NCBI GenBank assembly: GCA_963977015.1
Contig: CAXBMO010000002.1
Span: 256,001 to 320,000 of the forward strand
Direction of reading: 5' to 3'
Length of the DNA stretch: 64,000 bases
DNA from: an uncultured bacterium
GTDB lineage: Bacteria; Verrucomicrobiota; Verrucomicrobiia; Verrucomicrobiales; DEV007
In this document: piece after piece, positions 1 through 9,618 of the stretch
How positions within the stretch are numbered: position 1 is the stretch's first letter
Layout: every line of letters begins with the position of its first letter
Position numbers and translations under genes: made by a program
Notes under the pieces: generated by a model
What the model was told of the DNA's origin: nothing
Databases searched by the model: none
What the model saw: the letters and a program-made list of their open reading frames with translations, nothing else

Positions 1-1
1 G

Positions 2-343
2 TCGTTTCCAGACCGCCCATTCCTGCTCATCGGCGACAGCGGCCAGAAGGATCCGGAAATCTATCACGAAATCGTCAAACGTCACCCTCATCGCATCAAG
101 GGAATCCTGATCCGCAACGTCACCGCAGTTCTCGTTCCCCGGACCCTGGAAATTGAGCGAATCGGTCGCGATGTGGAGACGCGCGACGTAAAATTCCTTT
201 TGTTCACCCATACGAGAGACGCCATCAAGGCAACCGCCAAATGGGGATTGCTACCGCAGGAGGAGGCTGAAATTCAGTCGACCTTGGCTTCGGACGGCAA
301 AGTGCCGTCTACTTCGACAGTCGAATCCTCGACATCTCCTTGA
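2..343 (+). CDS. 3' part of an App1/DUF2183-family phosphatidate phosphatase-like protein (truncated by the window edge)
   Basis: Frame 2 reads ...PFLLIGDSGQKDPEIYHEIVKRHPHRIKGILIRNV... to TGA at 341-343. LIGDSGQxDPEIY is the App1 signature. Not in the ORF track because it has no start codon in the window. Confidence 0.8.
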   Translation, partial: SFPDRPFLLIGDSGQKDPEIYHEIVKRHPHRIKGILIRNVTAVLVPRTLEIERIGRDVETRDVKFLLFTHTRDAIKATAKWGLLPQEEAEIQSTLASDGKVPSTSTVESSTSP

Positions 344-861
344 GCCAATTGATCCAGCATCGCGACGACCTCTTCCTGGACTTGCTCAACTTCTTCGAGA
401 CGAATTTCCGGGTCGGCAATGATCAAGACTTCGCCGGTTTTTCGATGCTCATAGATCAGCATCCGCCGGTCACCGACGTCCCGGGTATCCACCTGTTTGA
501 GACGCTTTTCCCGCTCAAGTTTCGCCGCGAGAATATAGCGTGCTTTATCCATCCTCGGATCGTCATCATCGACCATTTTTTGCAACAATTGCTCAGCACT
601 TCCCTTTTCAATTCCAGACGGTGAACTGGTTTCGTCTTCCTGTAGAGGCATTTCGTATTTGGCACGCCAAAAAGAAAAGGGTTCACCGTCCTTTTGCCGC
701 TCCTCCCAAACTTCCTGACACAGATCTTCGCGGATAAATCCGTCGCTCTCAGGATCCTCATAGATGCAGGTGAAATAGTAGTCACCATCTTCAAAACCGC
801 GCCCGGAGACCGTGCATTTGCTGGAGCGAGATCGAATTTTCCAGTTCTGGATGATCGCCAT
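274..861 (-). CDS. Conserved hypothetical protein
   Basis: Natural-looking acidic ORF directly downstream of the LptF/G gene. Likely start is ATG 861 (MAIIQNWKIRSRS). No family recognised. Confidence 0.7.
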   Translation of the reverse strand: MAIIQNWKIRSRSSKCTVSGRGFEDGDYYFTCIYEDPESDGFIREDLCQEVWEERQKDGEPFSFWRAKYEMPLQEDETSSPSGIEKGSAEQLLQKMVDDDDPRMDKARYILAAKLEREKRLKQVDTRDVGDRRMLIYEHRKTGEVLIIADPEIRLEEVEQVQEEVVAMLDQLAQGDVEDSTVEVDGTLPSEAKVD

Positions 862-879
862 AAGGCGGACCAAACACGA

Positions 880-2532
880 TCATGCAGTCTTGGAAAACAA
901 ATTCTTAAACTTGGGAAGCTCCTTATTGTTGGCCCGCGCCCAGAACAGTATGGCTCCGATCACGCCGAGTCCGATATTCGGCCCCCAGGCCCCCACCCAA
1001 GACTTCAGGCGCGCACCCTCGGCCAAAGCCAGAAAGACGCTATCGAAGAAGATCAGGGCAAAGAAAATCAGGATGGAAGCGGTCACTCCGCCCAGAATTC
1101 CTTTTCGCGAATGCACAATCCCGAGAGGAGCTGCCATCAGCACAATGAAAAAGCAGCGGAATGGCTCGGCCCAACTGTAGTGCCAGTGCGTCCAATACGG
1201 AGCCAGCTTGTTCGGGGGCAGTTCCCGGTTGGTTCGCAAATAGCTCGTCAGACCTGGAATTCCCAAAAATTCTGCCTTGTAGGACGAACTCACAACATGC
1301 CAGGGGGTTTCGTTCCAATCTTCTTTCGTCAAAATCGGGAAGAAGCTCACTTTGGGAGTGCCATGGATATCGTATTCCCAGATTCGGGCTTTCCGAAAGG
1401 TCCAAACCTTCGTTTGGTGGTTCCAATAGGCTGAATCAGCGCGAATCGTATACATCACCCGATTGTCGTCAGCTTGAGCCCAAACCGCGACATAGCGCAT
1501 GGGAGCATTGGCCAAATCTACGGGAACCCGGCCAACAAACCATGTTCGTTGATCCATGGAGTTGCGATACATCCAGGCGAGTGCCGCCCATTCGTCTTCT
1601 CCCGATTTCTTGCGTTCGCGCCCCTTTTCTTTGTCATTCAAGGCGTCCTGGAGACGGTTCAAAATCCCCTCCTTGTGGGCTTCCGCACGAGGCGCCCAAT
1701 CATAGTTCAGCACGATGCAAAGCAGCGTGCAGTAAAACCCCGCCACGAAAAGCGGCTTCAAGACCCTGCCCATACTCAACCCAGCCCCCAGCATCGAAAT
1801 AAGCTCATTCGACTTCGACATCTTGCCGAGCGAGAACAGGAGGGAGAGCAGCAGGGTGATCGGCAACACAAGCAGCACAATTTGGGGCAACTGAACAAGG
1901 TAATATCTCCCCAGAAGGCTGAACCCTTCCTCCGTGAAAAAGACCTTCCCGTTGTCGGTAAGGTCCATGATGACCCAGATCCCTACCAATCCCAAAAACG
2001 ACAACGCCAACGGCGAAACAACTCCTCGAATCACATAGCGATCCAGAATCGGCCCCGCGTAATAGGCCCAAAGCAGGATTGGCGGACTCAGCACCAGAAA
2101 CGCAATCAGCACCAGCTTCACGAAGTAGGTCCACGGAGCGGGATCTTCTCCGACTTTGCTCAATTCGAGATTACTGACATTCGAGACCAAATCCGAAGGC
2201 AACCAAGCCAAGGCAATGCCCAAACAAACCAATGTGAGGGCCAACACTTGCCCCCAATTGCGTTTCCCGAGCACCAAGACGGACAAAAATCCCAATCCGG
2301 CCAGAATTGTTGCTCCAGCGTGGCAGGCCAAGAGCCAAAATGGGGTAAATCCCACCGATTCGGTTTCATCGCCAGCACCAATTAAATTGAGGGCCCGCTG
2401 ATCTTCCATGTAGGAATCACGCGTCCCGTCAGCCATTAATCCTAGAAATACCGCAATCACTAACGTAATGATACGCATTACATTTGCGGAAGCGTTTTCC
2501 GGCGAAAATAGGAGTCGCTTAATAGATGCCAT
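880..2532 (-). CDS. LptF/LptG-family LPS export permease with an N-terminal membrane extension
   Basis: ILDRYVIR start of the LptF/G domain, KMSKSNELISMLGAGLS motif, periplasmic beta region, C-terminal TM trio ending in AWGPN. About 160 extra hydrophobic residues at the N-terminus. Confidence 0.85.
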   Translation of the reverse strand: MASIKRLLFSPENASANVMRIITLVIAVFLGLMADGTRDSYMEDQRALNLIGAGDETESVGFTPFWLLACHAGATILAGLGFLSVLVLGKRNWGQVLALTLVCLGIALAWLPSDLVSNVSNLELSKVGEDPAPWTYFVKLVLIAFLVLSPPILLWAYYAGPILDRYVIRGVVSPLALSFLGLVGIWVIMDLTDNGKVFFTEEGFSLLGRYYLVQLPQIVLLVLPITLLLSLLFSLGKMSKSNELISMLGAGLSMGRVLKPLFVAGFYCTLLCIVLNYDWAPRAEAHKEGILNRLQDALNDKEKGRERKKSGEDEWAALAWMYRNSMDQRTWFVGRVPVDLANAPMRYVAVWAQADDNRVMYTIRADSAYWNHQTKVWTFRKARIWEYDIHGTPKVSFFPILTKEDWNETPWHVVSSSYKAEFLGIPGLTSYLRTNRELPPNKLAPYWTHWHYSWAEPFRCFFIVLMAAPLGIVHSRKGILGGVTASILIFFALIFFDSVFLALAEGARLKSWVGAWGPNIGLGVIGAILFWARANNKELPKFKNLFSKTA

Positions 2533-2671
2533 GAAGGTGGGGAGACGTCGAAATCACGATGGACCCATTGGGAGCCCGCCATCTTTAGCGGAAGTGGCTG
2601 GGCGGTCAAGCTGCGTTTCCATTTGAGCGCAATGTTAGAGTGTTGTAAGGCTTAAGGCGCACGCCGCTTTT

Positions 2672-4702
2672 TTGATGATCTCACTTCAGGAATATTCACC
2701 CTCAGGATCGCTTGCTGACGAAATGCATGCCTTGTTTTCGGAAACAGGCAAGCTTTCCGAGTCCAAGGACTTCGAATATCGGGCCGAGCAGCAGGAGATG
2801 GCCACCCTCGTTGCCGAAGCCCTTTCAGCGGCAAAACCGCTCATCGTCGAAGCAGGCACCGGTGTCGGCAAATCCCTGGCCTACCTCCTTCCTGCCTTGA
2901 CTTACGGATTGCAGGAAAAACGCAAAGTCGTGGTCTCAACCCACACCATCAATCTGCAGGAGCAACTGATCCACAAGGACATCAAGATCGTTCGAAAAGT
3001 CCTCGGTCAGGACTTCAACGCGGTACTTTACAAGGGCCGAGCCAACTTTGTCTGCCCCTCCCGCCTGGAGGCGGCCTATCGCTCAGCTGGCGACCTCTTC
3101 AACACGGGAGATTTCGCGGAATTACAGCTCATCTACGATTGGTCCAAAACCACGGAAGACGGTAGCCAGGCGGATCTGGATTTCACGCCCAGTCCACGCA
3201 TCTGGGCGCAAATTTGTAGCGAACCTCACATCTGTACCGTTAAAAAGTGCGGTGGAAGTCGCTGTTTTTATCAGAAAATGCGGCGTGACGTTCAAGAGGC
3301 GGACATCGTGGTCGTGAATCACACGTTGCTTTTCACGCTCCTGGGGAGTTCCGAAGTCGCCGAAGAGTCGGACGACTTCGATTCGGGATTAACGAAGACC
3401 GAGGGCGGCTTGCTCTTTCCCCGAGATCTCGCCGTAATCGACGAAGCGCATACGCTGGAAAACGTTGCGGCCAAACAACTCGGGATGAATTTGAGTCATT
3501 CGGGTCTCAAGTTCTTGATTCAGCGACTCTACAATCCGCGTTCCCGGAAAGGCTTGTTTCAGGTCGCCAAGGAAGTTGATGGAGTCCGCGCCACCGCCGA
3601 ATTGCTCGACGAAACCGACGATTTCTTCACCGCTGTCGAAGAAAGCTCGACGTTTCGCGGCCCCGCTCGCGAATTTCGCGTTCGTGAAGAATCCCTGGTG
3701 GAAGATTCGCTGTCCAAGCATCTCCTCAATGTGCAGCAGATGTCTCAGGCCCTTTCTGAACGCGTCGAAAACGAAACGACGAAACTTGAATTGGGAGACA
3801 TCGCCGGAAAACTTCGCGACGCCCGGCTGGGAATTTCCTCCTTTCTCGACCTTTCGGCGGACGAGCACGTTTACTGGGTCGAACGCAGTGGCGGATATGA
3901 TGGCCGCCCGACCAACGTCTCCATGCATGCGGCACCGCTTGATATCTCCGAGCGGTTGCGAAACATCTTCTTTCGATCGGGACGACGATGCGTCCTAACC
4001 AGTGCAACCCTCGGTGTCGGCGACCAGAACCTCGGCTATTTCCGGCAGCGGGTCGGAGCTGAAGAAGCGCGCTCCATCCAAATTGGCAGTCCCTTCGACT
4101 ACCGGAAACAGATGAAGCTGTATCTGGTCAAGTCGATGCCCGATCCCAAGGCGCCAACCTATGAGGAGCAGTTGGTGAAATGGGTAAAACACTTTCTCGA
4201 TGAAAGCGAAGGCAGGGCTTTCGTCCTCTTCACCAGCTATCGACTGATGGACACGGTGGCTGGCCAGGTTGAAGATTTTGTGACCAAGCGAGGATGGGAC
4301 CTCCTGATTCAAGGAAAAAGCGGATCTCGCTCCTCGATTGTGGAACGCTTCAAAGATGCCCAATCGGCCGTGCTTTTCGGGACCGACAGCTTTTGGACGG
4401 GAGTCGATGTCCCGGGAGAAGCCCTGTCCAACGTGATGATCACGCGGCTTCCATTTGCCGTTCCGGATCATCCTTTGACCGAAGCCCGGCTCGAACAAAT
4501 TGAGGAGCGTGGCGGGAATTCATTCATGGAATACTCTGTACCTGAGGCGATTCTAAAACTCCGGCAGGGTGTTGGTCGTTTGATTCGCTCCAAAAAAGAC
4601 CATGGAATGGTGGTGCTGCTCGACAACCGGGTCCTAACCAAACGATACGGGCAGTCTTTTCTCAAAGCGCTTCCAGAATCAGACTTGGAAGTTGTGGGGT
4701 AA
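2672..4702 (+). CDS. dinG: DinG/YoaA-family ATP-dependent DNA helicase (Fe-S type)
   Basis: Q-motif YRAEQ, Walker A EAGTGVGKS, KGRANFVC with further Cys residues, DEAH, TSATL, FWTGVDVPG, QGVGRLIRS. Confidence 0.92.
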   Translation: MMISLQEYSPSGSLADEMHALFSETGKLSESKDFEYRAEQQEMATLVAEALSAAKPLIVEAGTGVGKSLAYLLPALTYGLQEKRKVVVSTHTINLQEQLIHKDIKIVRKVLGQDFNAVLYKGRANFVCPSRLEAAYRSAGDLFNTGDFAELQLIYDWSKTTEDGSQADLDFTPSPRIWAQICSEPHICTVKKCGGSRCFYQKMRRDVQEADIVVVNHTLLFTLLGSSEVAEESDDFDSGLTKTEGGLLFPRDLAVIDEAHTLENVAAKQLGMNLSHSGLKFLIQRLYNPRSRKGLFQVAKEVDGVRATAELLDETDDFFTAVEESSTFRGPAREFRVREESLVEDSLSKHLLNVQQMSQALSERVENETTKLELGDIAGKLRDARLGISSFLDLSADEHVYWVERSGGYDGRPTNVSMHAAPLDISERLRNIFFRSGRRCVLTSATLGVGDQNLGYFRQRVGAEEARSIQIGSPFDYRKQMKLYLVKSMPDPKAPTYEEQLVKWVKHFLDESEGRAFVLFTSYRLMDTVAGQVEDFVTKRGWDLLIQGKSGSRSSIVERFKDAQSAVLFGTDSFWTGVDVPGEALSNVMITRLPFAVPDHPLTEARLEQIEERGGNSFMEYSVPEAILKLRQGVGRLIRSKKDHGMVVLLDNRVLTKRYGQSFLKALPESDLEVVG

Positions 4703-4872
4703 TCAACATCCCCATCTCCGCCCCGCTAGCAAAATAGCCATAGTTGTAAAAACTATGATCGAATAAAGCAGGGTATCTGTCTTGATTTAGCGGCGCTTAC
4801 GGCTTTCGATGGATCAGGTTGCGAAAAACGATCACTTTTGCGACTAAAAAACCAGAAACAACCGCACGAACC

Positions 4873-6936
4873 ATGGGAAATTACTATCGCGCTGCACACG
4901 GGGATTCGCTCGATCGTTTCAATAAAATTTTGGCGCAGGTCATCGCCTTCGTCATTATCACATTTTGTCTGGTGGCAGGAGTAAGCGCCGTTTTCAAAAA
5001 TCTGCTCGCTCCCGAGAATCTGGCACGCGCACGGCTGGAACGCGCCGGTTATCAACTGGATACCCAATCGGTGTTCAGAGCCGTCGAATTGAACGATCAA
5101 CGTTCGCTGGAACGGTTTCAGATCGCGGGCATTTCTCTCAACGAACCCAACGCCGAAGGAATCACGCCGCTCTTCTACTGCGTTGAGAAGAATCGTCTCA
5201 AAACACTGCGCGGATTGATCGAGCTCGGGGTCCCCACTTATCAACGAAACCCAGAGAACCGCTTGCCCGAGACCATCTCGATCTCCAGATCGCAGCACGA
5301 GATGACACGGTTTCTCTATGAGAATGGTGCGAACCCAAACGTCGATATCGAAGTCGGCGAACCAGCATTGGTGTGGGCAATTCGTCAGGGCGAAATGGAC
5401 ACCTTTCATCTGCTTCTCGAAAAAGGTGCGGATGTCACTCGGGAATCGAACCTTGGATCCCCGCTCTTCGTTTCCCTCCTTTATGGGAACCGTTCCGTCA
5501 TGGATCAATTGATTGCGAGAGGCGCTGATCCCAACTCCCTCAGTCCCGGCGGTGCCCGGGTGGCGGTTGCCGCAATGGAACTGGATCGCCCTGATCTCGC
5601 CCAGCGGTTGGTGAAGGCGGGAGCCAAGCCAAATCTTCGCGGCCAGAAATCCAGCCCATCGATGTTGGAGATCGCATTTCAGCGGCGCGATTCGGAAACC
5701 TTCGATCTTTGCATGGAACATGGCGGGGACATTTCCATCCTCGGCCTCAGCAAGATGACGATGCTCGAGGAAGCGGCTCGCGATCAGGACATCGACTGGA
5801 TGAACATTTTGCTCGCCTATGGAGCTGACCCCAACCAGCGCACGGCGGAAACCAACCAGCCCCTCTGGTGGGAGCGCCTCAATGCCGCCCAGCCACTACT
5901 TACCGAGACCCTTCTCGGAGCAGGCGCCGATATCAACAGCCTGGATGCAGAGGGCGTCAGCCCTATCGATCGAGCGATCGGAGCCAGCAACCTGAAACAA
6001 GTTCGCTATCTCTTTTCCCAAGGCGCGGAAACAAGCGGCCATTTGTGGAACCCGCTTCAGGAACGCAACCATGCCATGATCCGCTTCCTTCTCGCCAATG
6101 GTGAGGATGTGGAAGTGAACAATCCAGCCTCGTCCGGCATCAGTCCGCTCGGGTTTACAGCGATGAGCGGCGACGTCACCGGCGCCTCCTTATTGCTTGA
6201 ATATGGAGCCAAATTCGAGCCGGACGAAAAGCCGGGCGGCCACTCCATGTTGGAATGGGCAATCGCCCATAAGAAACCGATTCTCGCCGAGACCTTCGTC
6301 GATCTGGGAGCGGATCCCAACGAACGGCTTCCGCGCCCATCCACAGAGTTTCGCGCCCTTCTCAAGGAACACGGAAGCCTCAGCTACTACCTCCGCAATG
6401 ATCGCGGCCTCACCCCGTTGATGGTCGCAGCGGGATCCCGGCAGCATGAGATGGCGCGCATGCTGATGGATCACGGAGCGAGCAAGTCTATCAACTCCCG
6501 AAGCTACAAAGCCTGGCCCGTCAATTTTGCGATCCGGGCAGATGACATCCCAATGGCCCAAATGCTGTTTGGCCGTACTCCAGAGTATGACAAGAACTGG
6601 TCGAGAAAGGTCGTGATCGATCTCAGTCGCCAACGACTCAATTTTTACGTGAACGGCAAGTCGGTGTTTTCAACCGTTTGCTCGACCGGAAAACGTGGCT
6701 ACCGCACCCCAACCGGAACCTTTATCATCAGCGATAAGACGACCCTGCGTCATTCCACGCTTTATGGTTCGCCCATGCCGTATTTCCAGCGACTGAGCGG
6801 AAGCGCAATCGGAATGCACCAGGGGAATTGCCCGGGCTACGCCGCATCACACGGGTGTATCCGGATGCCATGGAGCTCCGCAAAAAGTCTCTACTACAAG
6901 ACCAAGGTAGGTGACATCGTGGTCGTTCAGCATTGA
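4873..6936 (+). CDS. Ankyrin-repeat protein with a C-terminal L,D-transpeptidase (YkuD) domain
   Basis: N-terminal TM segment, many G-x-TPL/LL-x-GADPN ankyrin repeats, then VVIDLSRQRL...STGKRGYRTPTG...HQG...SHGCIR (YkuD His/Cys motif). Likely start ATG 4873. Confidence 0.88.
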   Translation: MGNYYRAAHGDSLDRFNKILAQVIAFVIITFCLVAGVSAVFKNLLAPENLARARLERAGYQLDTQSVFRAVELNDQRSLERFQIAGISLNEPNAEGITPLFYCVEKNRLKTLRGLIELGVPTYQRNPENRLPETISISRSQHEMTRFLYENGANPNVDIEVGEPALVWAIRQGEMDTFHLLLEKGADVTRESNLGSPLFVSLLYGNRSVMDQLIARGADPNSLSPGGARVAVAAMELDRPDLAQRLVKAGAKPNLRGQKSSPSMLEIAFQRRDSETFDLCMEHGGDISILGLSKMTMLEEAARDQDIDWMNILLAYGADPNQRTAETNQPLWWERLNAAQPLLTETLLGAGADINSLDAEGVSPIDRAIGASNLKQVRYLFSQGAETSGHLWNPLQERNHAMIRFLLANGEDVEVNNPASSGISPLGFTAMSGDVTGASLLLEYGAKFEPDEKPGGHSMLEWAIAHKKPILAETFVDLGADPNERLPRPSTEFRALLKEHGSLSYYLRNDRGLTPLMVAAGSRQHEMARMLMDHGASKSINSRSYKAWPVNFAIRADDIPMAQMLFGRTPEYDKNWSRKVVIDLSRQRLNFYVNGKSVFSTVCSTGKRGYRTPTGTFIISDKTTLRHSTLYGSPMPYFQRLSGSAIGMHQGNCPGYAASHGCIRMPWSSAKSLYYKTKVGDIVVVQH

Positions 6937-7019
6937 TCAATCCCTGACTTTCTGCGTCAAAGGTGGAACGAGGGCGATTTTTTTCGCGTGGTCCTTCATC
7001 ACCTCCATGATACACTGAC

Positions 7020-8432
7020 GTGGTAATGCATTGCCGTTGGATAACCTGCTTCTTGGCGTTGACCTTCGCTGCGGCGACGGCGGAAGAAGCTCAGATATCC
7101 CAGATCAAAGATCCACGGCAGACCCGCGAGCGGGCAACCAGTAGCTCGGGGCAGTTTCTGATCTACGGGGATGATGGCAAGATTCGCAGCCAATTCGCGA
7201 GAGACTGCGAAAAGGCTCGCAAGGATTTCGCGGCAGTCATCGGCCTCCCCAAAGGATGGTATTATCCCGTTGTCGTCGAAATTCATTCCAAACCGCTCCA
7301 GCGAGTCGAACGGCGCACGTTGGTAAGAGCCTTCCCCATTGAGCCGAACGGATTCCGATTCCAATTGGATATTCTGCAGGACGAAGACTTCAAGTCCGCA
7401 GATTTTGAGAAGGCCATGATCAGACTGCTCATTCTCGAGCAGATGTTCTATCCTCCCAATCGTAAAATCACCCAGGACAAAATCCCACCCTGGGTTCTTG
7501 CCGGGATTGAAGAACTTGTCTCCTACCATCGCCACGAAGTCCCGACAGATATTTTCGCTTCGCTGATCGAGTCTCATCAAATTCTCCCCGTTCGGGAAGT
7601 GTTGACGACGTCGCCTCAAGATCTCGACAACAGCGTAACCCGGAAGATCTATCGCGCATGCGCCGCCGCCCTCGTCCAGGCATTGCTCGATCAAGGTGAC
7701 GGCCAAGTTCGATTTCGCGTCTTCCTCCAGGATCTGGCGGTTGAAAAAGCGGATTCAACGGAACTCTTGGAACGGCACTTTGCCGCAATGCGCCAGGATT
7801 ACACCGGACTTGAAAAATGGTGGGCCCTGCAGATGGCCGCGATGAGTCAAAAATCCGTATTCGAGTATCTCAATATCGCGGAAACCGAAAAGCAACTGGA
7901 GCAAGCGCTGCAAGTTCGATTCGACAACCTCCCGGAACAGAAGAGCGCCGAAAACTTCTCAAGTCGAATCCCGAGTTTTCGCGAGATCAAACGTCGCTTC
8001 GATTCGAGCGGGAAGGACTTCACTTCGGGTTCCCTGCGCGACTTTGAGCAATTTGCCAATCATCCGAGGCTTGGCGACGCGTTAAAAGTCACCAGCGATC
8101 AACTCGCCAATATCCAGAATCGCGCCTTTCCCCTCTACATTCCTGTCATCGCCGGGTACAACAAGACGATGGCCCTGCTCCTGGAGGGAAAAACCCGGGA
8201 AGTTGCCGAGCGAATGGAGTTTCTTGAAATCCGCCGGAGGAACATTCGGTCCCAAATGACTCAGGTTACCGACTTCATGAACTGGTATGACGCCACGCAG
8301 ATTGAAGAAGAAAGTGACGACTTTGAAAGCTATGAGCGCGCTCTGATCGACATCGAAAAACTCGATCGCAGGAAACGCACCGACCCGATTTCGGGTTACT
8401 TGGATGCCATGGAAAAGGAGTTTGCCGACTGA
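7020..8432 (+). CDS. Secreted hypothetical protein (possibly a degenerate peptidase-MA-like fold)
   Basis: Signal peptide and a PPWVLAGIEE segment reminiscent of gluzincin-like PxWxxEG, but no HExxH. Confidence 0.7.
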   Translation: MVMHCRWITCFLALTFAAATAEEAQISQIKDPRQTRERATSSSGQFLIYGDDGKIRSQFARDCEKARKDFAAVIGLPKGWYYPVVVEIHSKPLQRVERRTLVRAFPIEPNGFRFQLDILQDEDFKSADFEKAMIRLLILEQMFYPPNRKITQDKIPPWVLAGIEELVSYHRHEVPTDIFASLIESHQILPVREVLTTSPQDLDNSVTRKIYRACAAALVQALLDQGDGQVRFRVFLQDLAVEKADSTELLERHFAAMRQDYTGLEKWWALQMAAMSQKSVFEYLNIAETEKQLEQALQVRFDNLPEQKSAENFSSRIPSFREIKRRFDSSGKDFTSGSLRDFEQFANHPRLGDALKVTSDQLANIQNRAFPLYIPVIAGYNKTMALLLEGKTREVAERMEFLEIRRRNIRSQMTQVTDFMNWYDATQIEEESDDFESYERALIDIEKLDRRKRTDPISGYLDAMEKEFAD

Positions 8433-8487
8433 ATCTTTCTGATTTTGGGAATTGATATCTGATTTTCAGAATCTGAAAGTGGGGCTT

Positions 8488-9618
8488 ATGCAGCAAAAGC
8501 CCCTCGTACATCCCGAAGTCCAAGAAGCATTCTCCAACGAAACCTTTTCCGCGGATCGCCGCAAATTCCTCACTCGGGCTGGCGCAGCTGTCGGCGCCAT
8601 GTTGACCGGTCAGGCCATGGCGCAGGAACCCGCCGTTCCGCGTGACTGGACCGGCACCATCCCGACTCGCTACCCGGATCCCGACATCGTCGCACTGGAC
8701 GAACGCTTCAACCAATACAAGCTGGGCAACACCCCCATCCAGCGGATTTATCACAGCTCCAAAATGCTATGGGCTGAAGGTCCTGCCTGGAATGGAGTCG
8801 GCAAATATCTGCTTTGGAGCGACATTCCGAACAACGTGCAGCTGCGCTGGATTCAGGATGACGATCGCGTCAGTATTTTCCGGCATCCTTCGGGCAACAG
8901 CAATGGCAATACATTCGACTTCCAGGGCCGCCAAATTTCCTGCCAGCACGGCACGCGCAAAGTGGTTCGCTACGAGCATGACGGAAGCGAGACCGTTCTG
9001 GCTTCCGAGTTTGAGGGCAAGCCCTTCAACGCCCCCAACGACGTGGTCGTGTTTCCTGACGACGATGGCATTTGGTTCACGGATCCCGGGTATGGCAGCA
9101 TGATGAATTACGAGGGGAACAAGGGACCTCTCCACTTGAAGGAAGCCGTCTACCGGATCGATGCCATCACTGGAAAAATCACCAAGGTTACCGACGAGAT
9201 CAACAAGCCGAACGGCCTCTGCTTTTCTCCCGACTACAAGCAGCTTTACGTCTCCGACACCGGAACGCCAAAACCCGGTGAAGCGAAGAAAATCCGCGTT
9301 TGGGACATCGTCGATGGAACCAAGCTGGCCAATGGCAGAGACTTCGCCTCCATGGAATTTGGAGGGAAGTTTGGTGGAGCTGACGGCATTCGGGCAGATA
9401 TGGACGGCAATATTTGGGCGAGTGCGGGCTGGGTCGGCGACGGCTACGACGGCGTCCACGTTTTTGCGCCGGATGGCACCAGAATCGGCCAGATCAAGCT
9501 CCCTGAAATCTGCTCCAACGTGTGTTTCGGCGGCCAAAAGCGCAATCGCCTGTTCATGACCGGAAGTTCGTCGATCTACGCAGTTTATGTGGAAGCCCAA
9601 GGGGCGCACATCACTTAG
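8488..9618 (+). CDS. SMP-30/gluconolactonase/LRE family protein, Tat-exported
   Basis: DRRKFL twin-arginine signal; WAEGPAW, NSNG, FNAPND, KPNGLCFSPD and GADG motifs. Confidence 0.92.
   Translation: MQQKPLVHPEVQEAFSNETFSADRRKFLTRAGAAVGAMLTGQAMAQEPAVPRDWTGTIPTRYPDPDIVALDERFNQYKLGNTPIQRIYHSSKMLWAEGPAWNGVGKYLLWSDIPNNVQLRWIQDDDRVSIFRHPSGNSNGNTFDFQGRQISCQHGTRKVVRYEHDGSETVLASEFEGKPFNAPNDVVVFPDDDGIWFTDPGYGSMMNYEGNKGPLHLKEAVYRIDAITGKITKVTDEINKPNGLCFSPDYKQLYVSDTGTPKPGEAKKIRVWDIVDGTKLANGRDFASMEFGGKFGGADGIRADMDGNIWASAGWVGDGYDGVHVFAPDGTRIGQIKLPEICSNVCFGGQKRNRLFMTGSSSIYAVYVEAQGAHIT

Noticed and set aside
2533-2671. Possible SOS box upstream of the dinG-like helicase (and upstream of recG, 63603-63747)
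   Set aside because: No TGTTC-N4-GAACA or near match was seen in either region.
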